A stretch of 64,000 bases of DNA from Ostrea edulis (Eukaryota): contig NC_079170.1 in assembly GCF_947568905.1 (NCBI RefSeq), forward strand, positions 9,362,001-9,426,000. Direction: 5' to 3'. The position numbers and the translations under genes were made by a program. Each line of letters begins with the position of its first letter. Positions within the stretch are counted from its first letter, which is position 1. This document shows positions 1-11,812 of this stretch, in pieces. A model generated the notes under the pieces. That model was not told the DNA's origin. It ran no database searches and worked only from the letters and a program-made list of their open reading frames with translations.

Positions 1-2887
1 AACAACTCTTACCTTCAGAAGTAACAACTCTTACCTTCAGGAGTAACAACTCTTACCTTCAGAAGTAACAACTCTTACCTTCAGGAGTAACAATGCTTAC
101 CTTCAGAAGTAACAATGCTTACCTTCAGAAGTAACAATGCTTACCCTCAGAAGTAACAACTCTTACCTTCAAAAGTAACAACTCTTACCTTCAAAAGTAA
201 CAACTCTTACCTTCAGGAGTAACAATGATTACCTTCAGAAGTAACAACTCTTACCTTCAGAACTAACAACTCTTACCTTCAGAAGTAACAGCTCTTACCT
301 TCAGGAGTAACAACTCTTACCTTCAGAAGTAACAATGCTTACCTTCAGAAGTAACAATGCTTACCCTCAGAAGTAACAACTCTTACCTTCAGAAGTAACA
401 ATGCTTACCTTCAGAAGTAACAACTCTTACCTTCAGAAGTAACAACTCTTACCTTCAGAACTAACAACTCTTACCTTCAAGAGTAACAACTCTTACCTTC
501 AGGAGTAACAACTCTTACCTTCAGAAGTAACAATGCTTACCTTCAGAAGTAACAACTCTTACCTTCAGAAGTAACAATGCTTACCTTCAGAAGTAACAAT
601 GCTTACCTTCAGAACTAACAACTCTTACCTTCAGAAGTAACAGCTCTTACCTTCAGGAGTAACAATGCTTACCTTCAGAAGTAACAGCTCTTACCTTCAG
701 GAGTAACAATGCTTACCTTCAGAAGTAACAACTCTTACCTTCAGAAGTAACAACTCTTACCTTCAGGAGTAACAACTCTTACCTTCAGAAGTAACAATGC
801 TTACCTTCAGAAGTAACAATGCTTACCTTCAGAAGTAACAACTCTTACCTTCAGAAGTAACAACTCTTACCTTCAGGAGTAACAACTCTTACCTTCAGAA
901 GTAACAACTCTTACCTTCAGGAGTAACAATGCTTACCTTCAGAAGTAACAACTCTTACCTTCAGAAGTAACAATGCTTACCTTCAGGAGTAACAACTCTT
1001 ACCTTCAGAAGTAACAACTCTTACCTTCAGGAGTAACAACTCTTACCTTCAGAAGTAACAACTCTTACCTTCAGGACTAACAATGCTTACCTTCAGAAGT
1101 AACAATGCTTACCTTCAGAAGTAACAACTCTTACCTTCAGAAGTAACAACTCTTACCTTCAGAAGTAACAACTCTTACCTTCAGGAGTAACAACTCTTAC
1201 CTTCAGGAGTAACAACTCTTACCCCCAGGAGTAACAACTCTTACCTTCAAAAGTAACAACGCTTACCTTCAGAAGTAACAATGCTTACCTTCAGGAGTAA
1301 CAACTCTTACCTTCAGAAGTAACAACTCTTACCTTCAGGAGTAACAACTCTTACCTTCAGAAGTAACAACTCTTACCTTCAGGAGTAACAATGCTTACCT
1401 TCAGAAGTAACAATGCTTACCTTCAGAAGTAACAACTCTTACCTTCAGAAGTAACAACTCTTACCTTCAGAAGTAACAACTCTTACCTTCAGGAGTAACA
1501 ACTCTTACCTTCAGGAGTAACAACTCTTACCCCCAGGAGTAACAACTCTTACCTTCAGGAGTAACAATGCTTACCTTCAGAAGTAACAATGCTTACCTTC
1601 AGGAGTAACAACTCTTACCTTCAGGAGTAACAACTCTTACCTTCAGAAGTAACAATGCTTACCTTCAGAAGTAACAATGCTTACCTTCAGAAGTAACAAT
1701 GCTTACCTTCAGGAGTAACAACTCTTACCTTCAGGAGTAACAACTCTTACCTTCAGAAGTAACAACTCTTACCTTCAGAACTAACAACTCTTACCTTCAG
1801 AAGTAACAACTCTTACCCTCAGGAGTAACAACTCTTACCTTCAGGAGTAACAACTCTTACCTTCAGGAGTAACAACTCTTACCTTCAGAACTAACAACTC
1901 TTACCTTCAGAAGTAACAATGCTTACCTTCAGGAGTAACAACTCTTACCTTCAGGAGTAACAGCTCTTACCTTCAGGAGTAACAACTCTTACCTTCAGGA
2001 GTAACAACTCTTACCTTCAGGAGTAACAATGCTTACCTTCAGGAGTAACAACTCTTACCTTCAGGAGTAACAACTCTTACCTTCAGGAGTAACAACTCTT
2101 ACCTTCAGAAGTAACAATGCTTACCTTCAGAAGTAACAACTCTTACCTTCAGAAGTAACAATGCTTACCTTCAGGAGTAACAACTCTTACCTTCAGGAGT
2201 AACAACTCTTACCTTCAGGAGTAACAACTCTTACCTTCAGAAGTAACAACTCTTACCTTCAGAAGTAACAATGCTTACCTTCAGAAGTAACAACTCTTAC
2301 CTTCAGAAGTAACAATGCTTACCTTCAAGAGTAACAACTCTTACCCCCAGGAGTAACAACTCTTACCTTCAGGAGTAACAATGCTTACCTTCAGGAGTAA
2401 CAACTCTTACCTTCAGGAGTAACAACTTTTACCTTCAGGAGTAACAACTCTTACCTTCAGGAGTAACAATGCTTACCTTCAGAAGTAACAATGCTTACCT
2501 TCAGAAGTAACAATGCTTACCTTCAGGAGTAACAATGCTTACCTTCAAAAGTAACAACTCTTACCTTCAGAAGTAACAACTCTTACCTTCAGAAGTAACA
2601 ATGCTTACCTTCAGGAGTAACAACTCTTACCCCCAGGAGTAACAACTCTTACCTTCAGAAGTAACAACTCTTACCTTCAGGAGTAACAACTCTTACCTTC
2701 AGAAGTAACAATGCTTACCTTCAGAAGTAACAATGCTTACCTTCAGGAGTAACAAGGCTTACCTTCAGAAGTAACAATGCTTACCTTCAGAAGTAACAGC
2801 TCTTACCTTCAGGAGTAACAACTCTTACCTTCAGGAGTAACAACTCTTACCTTCAGGAGTAACAACTCTTACCTTCAGGAGTAACAA
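1..2887. repeat. 22-bp minisatellite (~130 copies, truncated by window start) built from the SAT exon 2 3' end plus splice donor
   Basis: Unit aacaactcttaccttcag(a/g)agt, period 22. On the minus strand it reads TTGTTACTCCTGAAG|GTAAGAG, identical to the last 15 nt of exon 2 plus the first 7 nt of the intron. Confidence 0.97.
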
Positions 2888-5203
2888 CAAACGCGTCCAG
2901 ACGCCCCTCCCCATCTCGCATTTCCTGTTGAAGGAAGAGTTTACGTCATTGACAAAGTAAGTCATCTCGAGAGACTCTTCATTTAATACATAGGAGTTTT
3001 CATATATACATGTTATAGCAGTTTTATTTCCTGTTATTTTATTTGTGCTTAGGATTTTACTTACGAAATCGAGTAGTGGATCAGTTACTAATATTGGGTC
3101 ACTAGTAAATAATATAATAGATGTTTGTCAAGGGGAGTAACTCTAGTATGTAAATAATATAATAGATGTTTGTCAAGGGGAGTAACTCTAGTATGTAAAT
3201 AATATAATAGATGTTTGTCAAGGGGAGTAACTCTAAAGAAGAAACTGTTAACTTTTATTGAAGGTATTAACGTGAGTTTGTCAAGTGGGATACCTATAAA
3301 AGAAGAAAATACTTCCCAGTAAGTATCTAAAAGAAGAAACTGTTGAGCACGTTTTAACAGGTGCTTGTCAAGGGGATGAACTGTAAAAGAAGAAACTATT
3401 AAAAGGAGAATACCAAGGGAAATAACTCTAAAAGAAGAACTTTGGATTAGATAAGAGTGACTTCTTTGATAACTAGGAGCTACACAGTTGATCCAAATGA
3501 ATTAGCATGCTAATGCCCTTGATACCCGTAAACAAGTTCCAGTAAATTCTGAGGATGTCGAGTTACTTCAATCTGTCCCATCTCACAACCTGCATACACA
3601 CCATTTACATGTAATTTTAATTTACGGGAAGTTCTGATCTACTTTCAGAAAAAAATAAATACTGAAATCCGGAGAATGGGGAGGGGTTATTATGCGAGCT
3701 TACGAACTCAGCTAGATACCGAAATTCGGAGAATGGGGGAGGGGTTATTATGCGAGCTTACGAACTCAGCTTTTGGAAAATGGCACCGCTCCCATCAGTT
3801 CCCACAGACTTTGTAGTATTCCTATGAATATTTTAGTTCAGTAATCAGAGATTAATATTCATCGATATCTAAAAGTTCATTCCAAGTGCTGATTAATAAA
3901 AAAAAAAAGGATTAAAATATCGCTCTTATTAGCTGCCTTTTGTTTTTGAAATTTGATCCCTAACCTCGCACATGCGCAGATTATTTTTTTAAACCACAAA
4001 AATATGTAGGATCATTGCTTTTACAGTAAAGGTTTATAAGATACAACGATCCGCTGCTGTCACAATAATTTCCTCTGCTATTTCTCGAGTTTTTATCCAA
4101 TCGGTAACAAGGCACAGTTTCACAATAAAAGCCCGAAGGGTCCGGTCAACTTTCTTAAAAAATGGAAATACCTGATCATATTTGAAGTGATTTTTCATGT
4201 GTAAAAATGGATGGAATAATTTTAGGGTACATGTCAAGTGTAATTGACGCTTAATAAAAAAAAAGTTGATATGCAACATGTAGGTGTCACCATTATTCCT
4301 ACATGTAGCATAAAAAGATGGGTGCAAATACGAAACTAAGACAGTTGGTCAATTGCTGAAGAAATCCAGATGGAAATATAGATGGTCCAGCAAAAGGTCT
4401 GTAGTTGAGACGGAAGGTGGATGACCCCCATATGAAAGAAGAGCAGATAAAGTTCTTGATTGTGCGCAGTGTCTAAATCTCTTCGCACGGGTTGTGATGG
4501 TGTGTGGATGGTGTGAATTAGCCCAAATGAAACTTGAGAAAATCAAGGCGAGAAAGGGGCATCTGCTCAGAGCATGTTTTGTACACCAGCACCAGTATGT
4601 ATAGATTTCATGTAATTTAGGGTCATAATTTATTAACTACACCAATATGAAATACTAGTATTGACATAAAAGGGAAATATGATTTTTCATTAGTGTGTCA
4701 TAATCTGACTTTGATGTACACCCTCTACCCACATATTTCAGAACCAAAAAAACTGTCCCCTGCACCATAATTTCTCATTCCGACAATTAATTCGAATTCA
4801 TAACACATATCATAACATTTCTTTCAATTCGAAATACTTTCATTTTCGATTTTGTCAAATCACGTAATACCTAGACATTTGTACCTTTTCTTTATGTTGG
4901 GTTAACAGCCTCTGTTTTAGATATCCTGGCATTTGGTACTAACTCTCAATACTGTATGAATATTACATACGTAGTGTTGTTAATCGCTGGATCCACCCCT
5001 ACATTTCCTATTAACCTAGTTAATGGTACAAACGAGTAGGTCAGGCTGACATTATATATTGTAGTGTATGCATGAAAAGGTATGCACCCTAGAGATTTAA
5101 ACACTGTACATCTCGTTAAACTAGATAACCGTACCTTGAGTAAGTTATAAAGAATGTCTGAATCATCTTGTGTAGCCGTTCGTATGTAGATTTCTTCGTT
5201 CAT
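2873..5203 (-). CDS. Diamine (spermidine/spermine) N-acetyltransferase, GNAT family, SAT1/SAT2-like; exons 1-2, remainder lies left of the window
   Basis: Exon 1 5203-5135 (69 nt, MNEEIYIRTATQDDSDILYNLLK, donor AAG|gtacgg). Exon 2 2924-2873 (52 nt, EMRDGEGRLDAFVVTPE+G, acceptor cttcaacag, donor GAAG|gtaaga). The N-terminus resembles the SAT 'IRPATxxD..I..LIK' motif. The phase-0 first intron and 52-nt second exon match vertebrate SAT1 structure as I recall it. Confidence 0.72.
3105..3235. repeat. ~45-bp tandem triplication containing the gtcaaggggagtaactct motif
   Basis: ataatataatagatgtttgtcaaggggagtaactctagtatgtaa occurs about three times. Confidence 0.8.
3660..3772. repeat. ~57-bp direct duplication
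   Basis: gaaat(c/t)cggagaatgggg(g)aggggttattatgcgagcttacgaactcagct is present twice. Confidence 0.8.
4341..4718. mobile_element. Interspersed repeat copy, left arm of a diverged inverted pair with 5828-6207
   Basis: Reverse complement aligns by eye to 5828-6207, e.g. attgtgcgcagtgtctaaatc / gatttagacactgcgcacaat and gaaatatgatttttcattag / ctaatgaaaaatcatatttc. Confidence 0.75.
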
Positions 5204-5827
5204 CGTGTATAATTATCATTTCCTGTACAGTTAGGTTATCAATAGGCAGACGAGGTCGATGCGATCGGAATATATCGCTCGGCCTTTTCCGTCAAGTCGA
5301 GAAATTCTCGCAATAGGTGTAACTTCACTTCATCGAGCGTGCAAATTTCACTCACTCGTTGGCTGTATGGTCATATTTCGATGACCACGCTATGCCATTC
5401 GTTAAATGTGATTGGTCACTGGCATTGAAAACAAAAATAAAACCAGTTTCATTGAAACCTATGGGACATTTGCACGCTCGATCGAGAAGAGTGTAATGCT
5501 GTTATAGAAATGATAATAAAATGTGACTCACCTCTATTTAGAATAACCGACACATTACTGGGTATCTCTCCAATTTCCGACTGCAAAAGAAGGTCGGCTT
5601 TCGTCAATACAATATGTTCGTGGTTACTTGAAACATTGACCAGTAATAACTATAGATGAATTAAAACTTTTTTCTGATGTTTAATCCTTATGTTTGTTTG
5701 GGTGTTTTTTATAACTATTTTTACATTGGAGTGAATAATCTTACAATAAGCACGGAAAGTTAATTGGTCATAATTCGCAAGTTCTTTTGTAAAACGCGCC
5801 CCTGAAGCACGCGGGAAGGAGGTATAT

Positions 5828-6207
5828 ATACCAAAGTCAGGTCACATGACAGTCTAATGAAAAATCATATTTCCTTTATTTGTATTTAAAATTGGTGTAG
5901 TTAATAAATCATGAAATTAAATGTAATCCATAAATACTGGTGCTAATGCACAATTAAAACATGTTCTGAGCAGGTACCCTTTTCTTGCTTTGCTTTTCTC
6001 TCATTTGAGCTAAATCCGCACCACCTAAATTCCATCAGAATACCTTGCGAGGGGATTTAGACACTGCGCACAATCAAAAACTATGTCTGCCTTTCTTACA
6101 AATCTACAATACCTTTCACCTGGAACCATCCACCTTCCCTTTCAGCTACAGACATCTCGCTCAACCATGAAGGGTTTAATCTGAATTTCTTCAGCAACTG
6201 ACCACGT
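5828..6207. mobile_element. Interspersed repeat copy, right arm of the inverted pair with 4341-4718
   Basis: Collinear inverted similarity to 4341-4718 over ~380 bp, with many substitutions. Confidence 0.75.
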
Positions 6208-6239
6208 GTCTTAATTTGTTATTTGTATTCATCTATATG

Positions 6240-7370
6240 CTAGGAATCACAGTGATAACTACATGGAAAAGTGAATATAACGAACAGTGATCAATCTCAT
6301 AACTCCCTAGAAGGAAGAGTTGGGCAAACACGGACCCCAGCACACACCAGAGGTGGGGTCAGGTGCCTAGAAGGAGTAAGCATCCCCATTATCAAATAAA
6401 TAATCAAATAGAGGTGGGATCAGGTGGCTAGGCGGAATATGCATCCCCTGTCCAACGACCACACCTGCCGTGAGCCCCATAAATATGGGAAGTTGACGAT
6501 GAACTAGCTGAAGTCATCCCGTTTGTCATTAAGTTGAGTTTGCCGTTAACACCTATGTTCAGTACTATACAAGTACGAAACAGATGTGGAAGACTCCGTG
6601 GTGTCTAACGGTGATATATCGAATCGACGTATGAAGGAAAATGATTATTGTAAATAGATAAAATGTCAATATATCTAAATCTCGAGCTGAAGGCCACAGC
6701 AAGAGATTTTTTTTTTCTTCTCATGTAGAAGTTTTTTGGATAAATTCTGCCTCATAAGAATATAAAAACAGGTCATATGATAAAGGAGTACAATTCGTGC
6801 CCATGGGAATTCAAACAGAGTGTTGGAAGGCATACCAAAGACTCCGAAGATATTGTCAATGAGGAGCTCCAGCGTCTTTTTTTTTTTTTTTAAATATGAA
6901 CTCCACATGTACTTGTGCGTAGAATCAGAATGGTTTTCACAAAGTAATATTGACTGAATGATTAGTAAAAATGTACATATCCTTTTCCCGTTTTTGTTGA
7001 AGAAGTAACAGTCTATGATGTCAAAAAGTCTAGTCTTTAATTTATTGTGAGGAATGGTCTTGTAAAGTGTTGAAGAGTCATACGTTTTTATATTGTTGAT
7101 TTGAGAAAAGTTTTGTGATTTCAAATTTACTGAAAGTTCTTTGGAATTGTTTAGAATCCACATTTGATTAACACCACTTCTGGTATATATGTTGTGGCAC
7201 AAGACGTTTGAAGTTTCTTCTTTTTGTGAGGAGCAAAAATAGGGGCTTGGTAGAACATTTACTGGATCCAGTAATGTATCTATGTCTGTAAAGGTTTTTG
7301 TGAAGTTCAGTATAGGTACGGTAACTCACATCCATTCGTCCCTTTGACTGGGGTATTAAATGTTTAAATC
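6240..7370 (-). mobile_element. Decayed Penelope-like retroelement (RT fragment plus terminal segment)
   Basis: Minus-strand translation gives YTRSGVNQMWILNNSKEL, KTYDSSTLYKTIPHNKLKTRLFDII, LIDNIF.VFG, IPMGTNC and a broken RY(I)DD region, typical of PLE reverse transcriptase. Frameshifts and stops are present. A ggatcaggtgcctaggaggagtaagcatccc terminal motif lies at 6350-6480. Confidence 0.85.
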
Positions 7371-7739
7371 TGAAGCATGATTTTGTAGAATTTCAGGATT
7401 TGAAAGGGCATTTGGAGTACAAGTAATATTTCATGATTTTTTATATGCTAAGGGTTTGTGAACTGTCTATGTGGTTAGTTGTATGTACGTATTCAAATTT
7501 AACTTTAAATTTACGCCTTCATTCTTTAGTGATATCAAAATCGTTTTGGGTGTTTCTGCGACATTGTGGGAACATGTATATGGGAGCCATTCTACCAGGT
7601 AAGTGTGGCGAGGTCCTGTTCAGAGATGCAGTTAGATTATTCCACCTAAATCGCCTTTGGCGTATTACTGACCATAAATGCAGGGCAAATGCAACAAAAA
7701 CGAAATTCTGTGTAGGAAAGTTCGCGTTTTCGTGCAACG

Positions 7740-9900
7740 GATAACCTACGAGGGTCGAGATATGTTGTTCTGAAATATAAAAGCCGAGGCGTGACTAGGG
7801 AAAAACCCACTGGTCCTTAGAATCCAAGGGGTTGTGCGAAGGGCGCCAACACTCCTGTTATTTAAAACCTTAATCAGATGTTGGAGGAAGGATATCTGCA
7901 TACCAGGAAACTGGAAGAATAACGGTTGACAGTCAAACCTATCGGGAGACTAACAACTCGATAGCGGACATCCTCCATCCTAAATCAATATGCAGAGTGG
8001 GCTGCTGGAATGTGCGGACCCTCTACCAGACTAGAAAATGACAGAAGTGGTTTGCGAAATGGAGTACCATAACACGGAGCTTCCTTGGAGTCAGTGAGAC
8101 TAAATGGGCAGGTAGTGGTACCGTGCATTTATCATCTGGGCCCGCATAGCATCCTCTATTCAGGAATTCAGGAAGATCAATTGACCATCATAGAATGGGA
8201 GTTGTCATTTTAACATAAAGAAAATTATCTAGTACTCTACTTTATTGGAATGGAAACTCATAAACGAAAGATTAATCAAGACAAGATACCACTCGGTGTA
8301 TACCAAACTTACCATCATTGTTTGCTATGCCACAACAGAGGATGCAGAGGTGACCCGTTTTATGACAAACAGCAAAAGACAGTTGATGTAACTCCAAGAC
8401 ATCTGCTTTACTCATTATGGATGACCAAAAACGGATCAACCAATGTAGGCAAGGAAAGGGTTAACACGGGCTAGGAGAATAAATAAATAGGGAAAGACAT
8501 TATTACGCTTTGCCAAGAAAACAGTCTTGTGATTAGTGGCACCATATTCATACACATAAATATACACAAGCTACGTGGAGCGCTCCTGATGATCACATCA
8601 AAAATCAAATTGGCCATATAATTATCGACAAGAGATGGAGAGGCAGTCTCATGGATGTTGATGCAAAACATGGAACATACATAGGAGGTGATCACTCTCT
8701 AGTGTTCTCTAAAGTAAAACTCAAACGTCACAAGGAAAAGAAGAAAAACCCAAATTCTGCTCCTTTAGATATATTGAAGGGGCTTAAAATCCACAGAGAC
8801 CAGAATCAGATTTGCTTGTGGAAAATGATGAAGTACAAAAAGAGTGATTAATAGTCCTCCTAGGGACAGGCAGCAGTTACTTGGACACTGGAAAAGGAAA
8901 AGGGAGGGACGAATATCAGAAAATACATGACGGAAACTGAGACTTCGCGAAAAACTCAAAGGAAAATACAGACAGGTAGGCAGAGAAGTCAAAAGAGGTG
9001 CACGATCAGACAAGAAAAAGAATTCAGAAAATCTAGCAGATGACACAGAAAGAGCAGATTGAAGACGAGATATGAAGACCTTATACCGAGTTACAAAAGC
9101 TGGAAACAAACATCCAAGCATCTGATCATCTAGTCAAAGACAAGTAAGGGAACCAATTGTCTATAAATAAAGGAAGCCCTTTGAAGGAGTTCTTAACATG
9201 GATGATCCTTTGTATAGGGCAGTCATTGCAGCAGCAGAAAACACCTTACTAATTAGTTATGAACCACCAACACCGAATGAAGTATAACAAAAAATCACAA
9301 GTCTTAAACTGGAAAAGCACCTGTAATGGGTAAGATTAATGCAGAGCTACTAAAAGCAGAAGAATGGCTCACACCTGTAATGGATCAGATTAATGAAAGG
9401 TGAAGATAACGAAGTGATCAATCTCATACCATCTACGCATAAGCAATACAAATAGAGAGTTGGGCAAACACGGATCCCTGGACACACCAGAGGCGGGATC
9501 AGGTGCCTAGGAGGAGTAACCATCCCCTGTCGACCGGTCACACCCGCTGTGAGCCCTATATCCCGATCAGGTAAACAGAGTTATCCGTAGTCAAAATCAG
9601 TGCGCTAAGAACGGCCTAACAATCCGTATGAAACACGTCATACAGCATTTGACCCAATGATAGGTTGTAATGGCGAACTACATCGTTATAGCGACCGTAG
9701 AATTTAAAGGAGACTGTTAAAACCCCTGCAACATCAACTTGTTTGTAAATAGTTGTTAATGCAGAGCTACTAATGGCAAAAGAATACCTCACGCCAGAGC
9801 TACTGACAAAGATGCTGATAAAGATCTGGACATCAGAGCAGTTGCGATCATGCTGAAAAACTGTCCTTTTTGTGAAACTATCGAAGAAGGTTCCCCATAA
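7740..9900 (+). mobile_element. Decayed RTE-clade LINE (APE endonuclease and start of RT region), interrupted by a PLE-type fragment
   Basis: Plus-strand pieces RVGCWNVRTLYQ, LGVSETKWAGSG, NQIGHIIIDKRWRGSLMDV, IGGDHSLVFSKVKLK, REVKRGARSDKK, DMKTLYRVTK and GKAP..INAELLK. Many frameshifts. Confidence 0.85.
9400..9750. mobile_element. Penelope-like terminal fragment inserted in the RTE remnant
   Basis: Shares gtgatcaatctcata...gagttgggcaaacacgga.ccc...ggatcaggtgcctaggaggagta with 6285-6480 and 10060-10300. Confidence 0.7.
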
Positions 9901-10009
9901 AGGTCTTAGGTGAGAGTTAATGCTTGGTTTAAGCTTAGATTTATCTTGATTTAGATTCTTGTGTATCCCGTTAAGACGTAAGGCCAGTGTCAGAATTTGT
10001 TTAGAACAA

Positions 10010-10590
10010 GTGAAGACAACAAACAGCGATTAATCTCTTAAAAGCACAAAATTGATAAAGGCAAATATGGACCCCTGGACATACCAGAAGTGGGATCAGG
10101 TGCCTAGGAGAAGTAAGCATTCCCTGATGACCGGTCACAGACAGACAGAGGCGGGACCAGGTGCCTAGGAGAAGTAAGCATTCCCTGATGACCGGTCACA
10201 CCCGCCATGACCCCTTTATCTTGATCAGGTAAACAGTGTAACCAGTAGTCAAAATCAGGATGTAAAGAACGGCCTAACAATCGGTATGAACACGTCAGAC
10301 AGCATTCAACCCAGTGGTTCCCTGTACACGTATTTGCAAACTAGATCATTATAAACCGATACACAAATAAGATGACGATAGAGAAGCTGAAGTCATCTTA
10401 TTTGTCATAAAGCTGTGTTGTTCGTTTGCCGTCGACATCTATGGTCAATAAAATATTTAAGTATGAAGCAGATGTGGAAGAGTCTCTGGTGTTTTTTATT
10501 TAAAGTTCACTGGGATATATCAAATCGACATATGAATGAAAACGTGGTTGATATATCTAAATGTCGAGATTTTTCTCTTGGGGTATATTC
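10010..10590 (-). mobile_element. Second Penelope-like fragment (terminal motif twice plus short RT piece)
   Basis: ggatcaggtgcctaggagaagtaagcattccc occurs twice. 10360-10580 is similar to 6500-6700 (gaagtcatc...gtttgccgt...gcagatgtggaaga.tc...aatcgac). Confidence 0.7.
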
Positions 10591-10779
10591 TAGAGTAAGC
10601 CATAAAGGCTAGGGTTAATGTTTGGATTAAGTTTAGACTTATGTCTTGAGTTATGTTCTAAAATGTTTTGGTAGGACTCGAGGTTAAAGATAGGGTCTGA
10701 ATTAGTTGGTCCTAGTAAGGTGCAAGTCGGGAGTAAGATTAGTTGATTAAGAATTATATTCCTTGGGTTAAATTTTAAG

Positions 10780-11040
10780 ATGCACCAGTAAGGTGCAAGT
10801 CAGGGTTAGGGTTAGTAGGACACCTTGGGTTAGATTCTAAGGTGTCCCTGTAAGGTGTAAGTCAGGGTTAGGGTCAGTAGGACACCTTGGGTTAGATTCT
10901 AAGGTGTCCCTGTAAGGTGTAAGTCAGGGTTAGGGTTTGTAGGATGCCTTGGGTTAGATTCTAAGGTGTCCCTGTAAGGTGTAAGTCAGGGTTAGGGTTA
11001 GTAGGATGCCTTGGGTTAGATTCTAAGGTGTCCCTGTAAG
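10780..11040. repeat. 62-bp minisatellite (~4 copies)
   Basis: Unit ccttgggttagattctaaggtgtccctgtaaggtgtaagtcagggttagggt(c/t)agtagga(c/t). Confidence 0.9.
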
Positions 11041-11631
11041 GAGTACACCTATTAAAGAAATCTACAATCATTCAGAAATTGGGACCCTTAGTAGTCTTCC
11101 TGATTGCAATCACGAGGTGTCTGTGTGTATAAAGCTGCAAGGGTATAACACGATAAGTGACAATGAAGTGAACACCCATCAGACAGAAGCCATGAGATAC
11201 TAGTACATGTTGCATACTGGAGATGCCCCTATGAATTATTTTTTATTTTACAAGGCTTGTGGGAGACTAGCAAAAACACCTGATGGATAGCAACAGCATC
11301 TTAGCAGACACTGAAATGTTGTGATAATCCATGGATGAGGGACTTATTCATAAACTGTAGGGTTGGAGTTGTGGCCTTAGCAACACATCTAAAACTACTT
11401 TCAGTGAATGTATTGCACTAGTCATCAGCAAGGCAATCATGGGTGGTATAAAGTTATCTCAAAACATACCCCCTCTGTGCAAGTGAATAATATATGTAGA
11501 TTATTTTTATATTTGTAATGGTTTTTTTCTCTTCTGTGTTTTCAGTTAGGATTGAGTCAGGGCGATATTGATTTGTTAGTGATGTGCAGTGGATGTCAAT
11601 ATACATGTAAATAATCGAGACCAGATGATAC

Positions 11632-11812
11632 ATGGCGAATGTGCAGTAATATTGATTTGTTAGTGATGTGCAGTGATATTGATTTGTTAGTGATGTGCAG
11701 TAATATTGATTTGTTAGTGATGTGCAGTAATATTGATTTGTTAGTGATGTGCAGTGATATTGATTTGTTAGTGATGTGCAGTAATATTGATTTGTTAGTG
11801 ATGTGCAGTGGA
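11632..11812. repeat. 27-bp minisatellite (~6 copies) inside a larger imperfect duplication (11560-11870)
   Basis: Unit (a/g)atattgatttgttagtgatgtgcagt. The segment caatatacatgtaaataatcgagaccag.tgatacatggcg occurs on both sides. Confidence 0.9.

Noticed and set aside
1-2887. CRISPR-like array
   Set aside because: Head-to-tail 22-bp units with no unique spacers, a eukaryotic context, and no cas genes.
10780-11040. Telomeric repeats, or another donor array (gtaagt in each unit)
   Set aside because: TTAGGG occurs only once or twice per 62-bp unit. No upstream plus-strand exon was found, and the leftmost copies have gcaagt.
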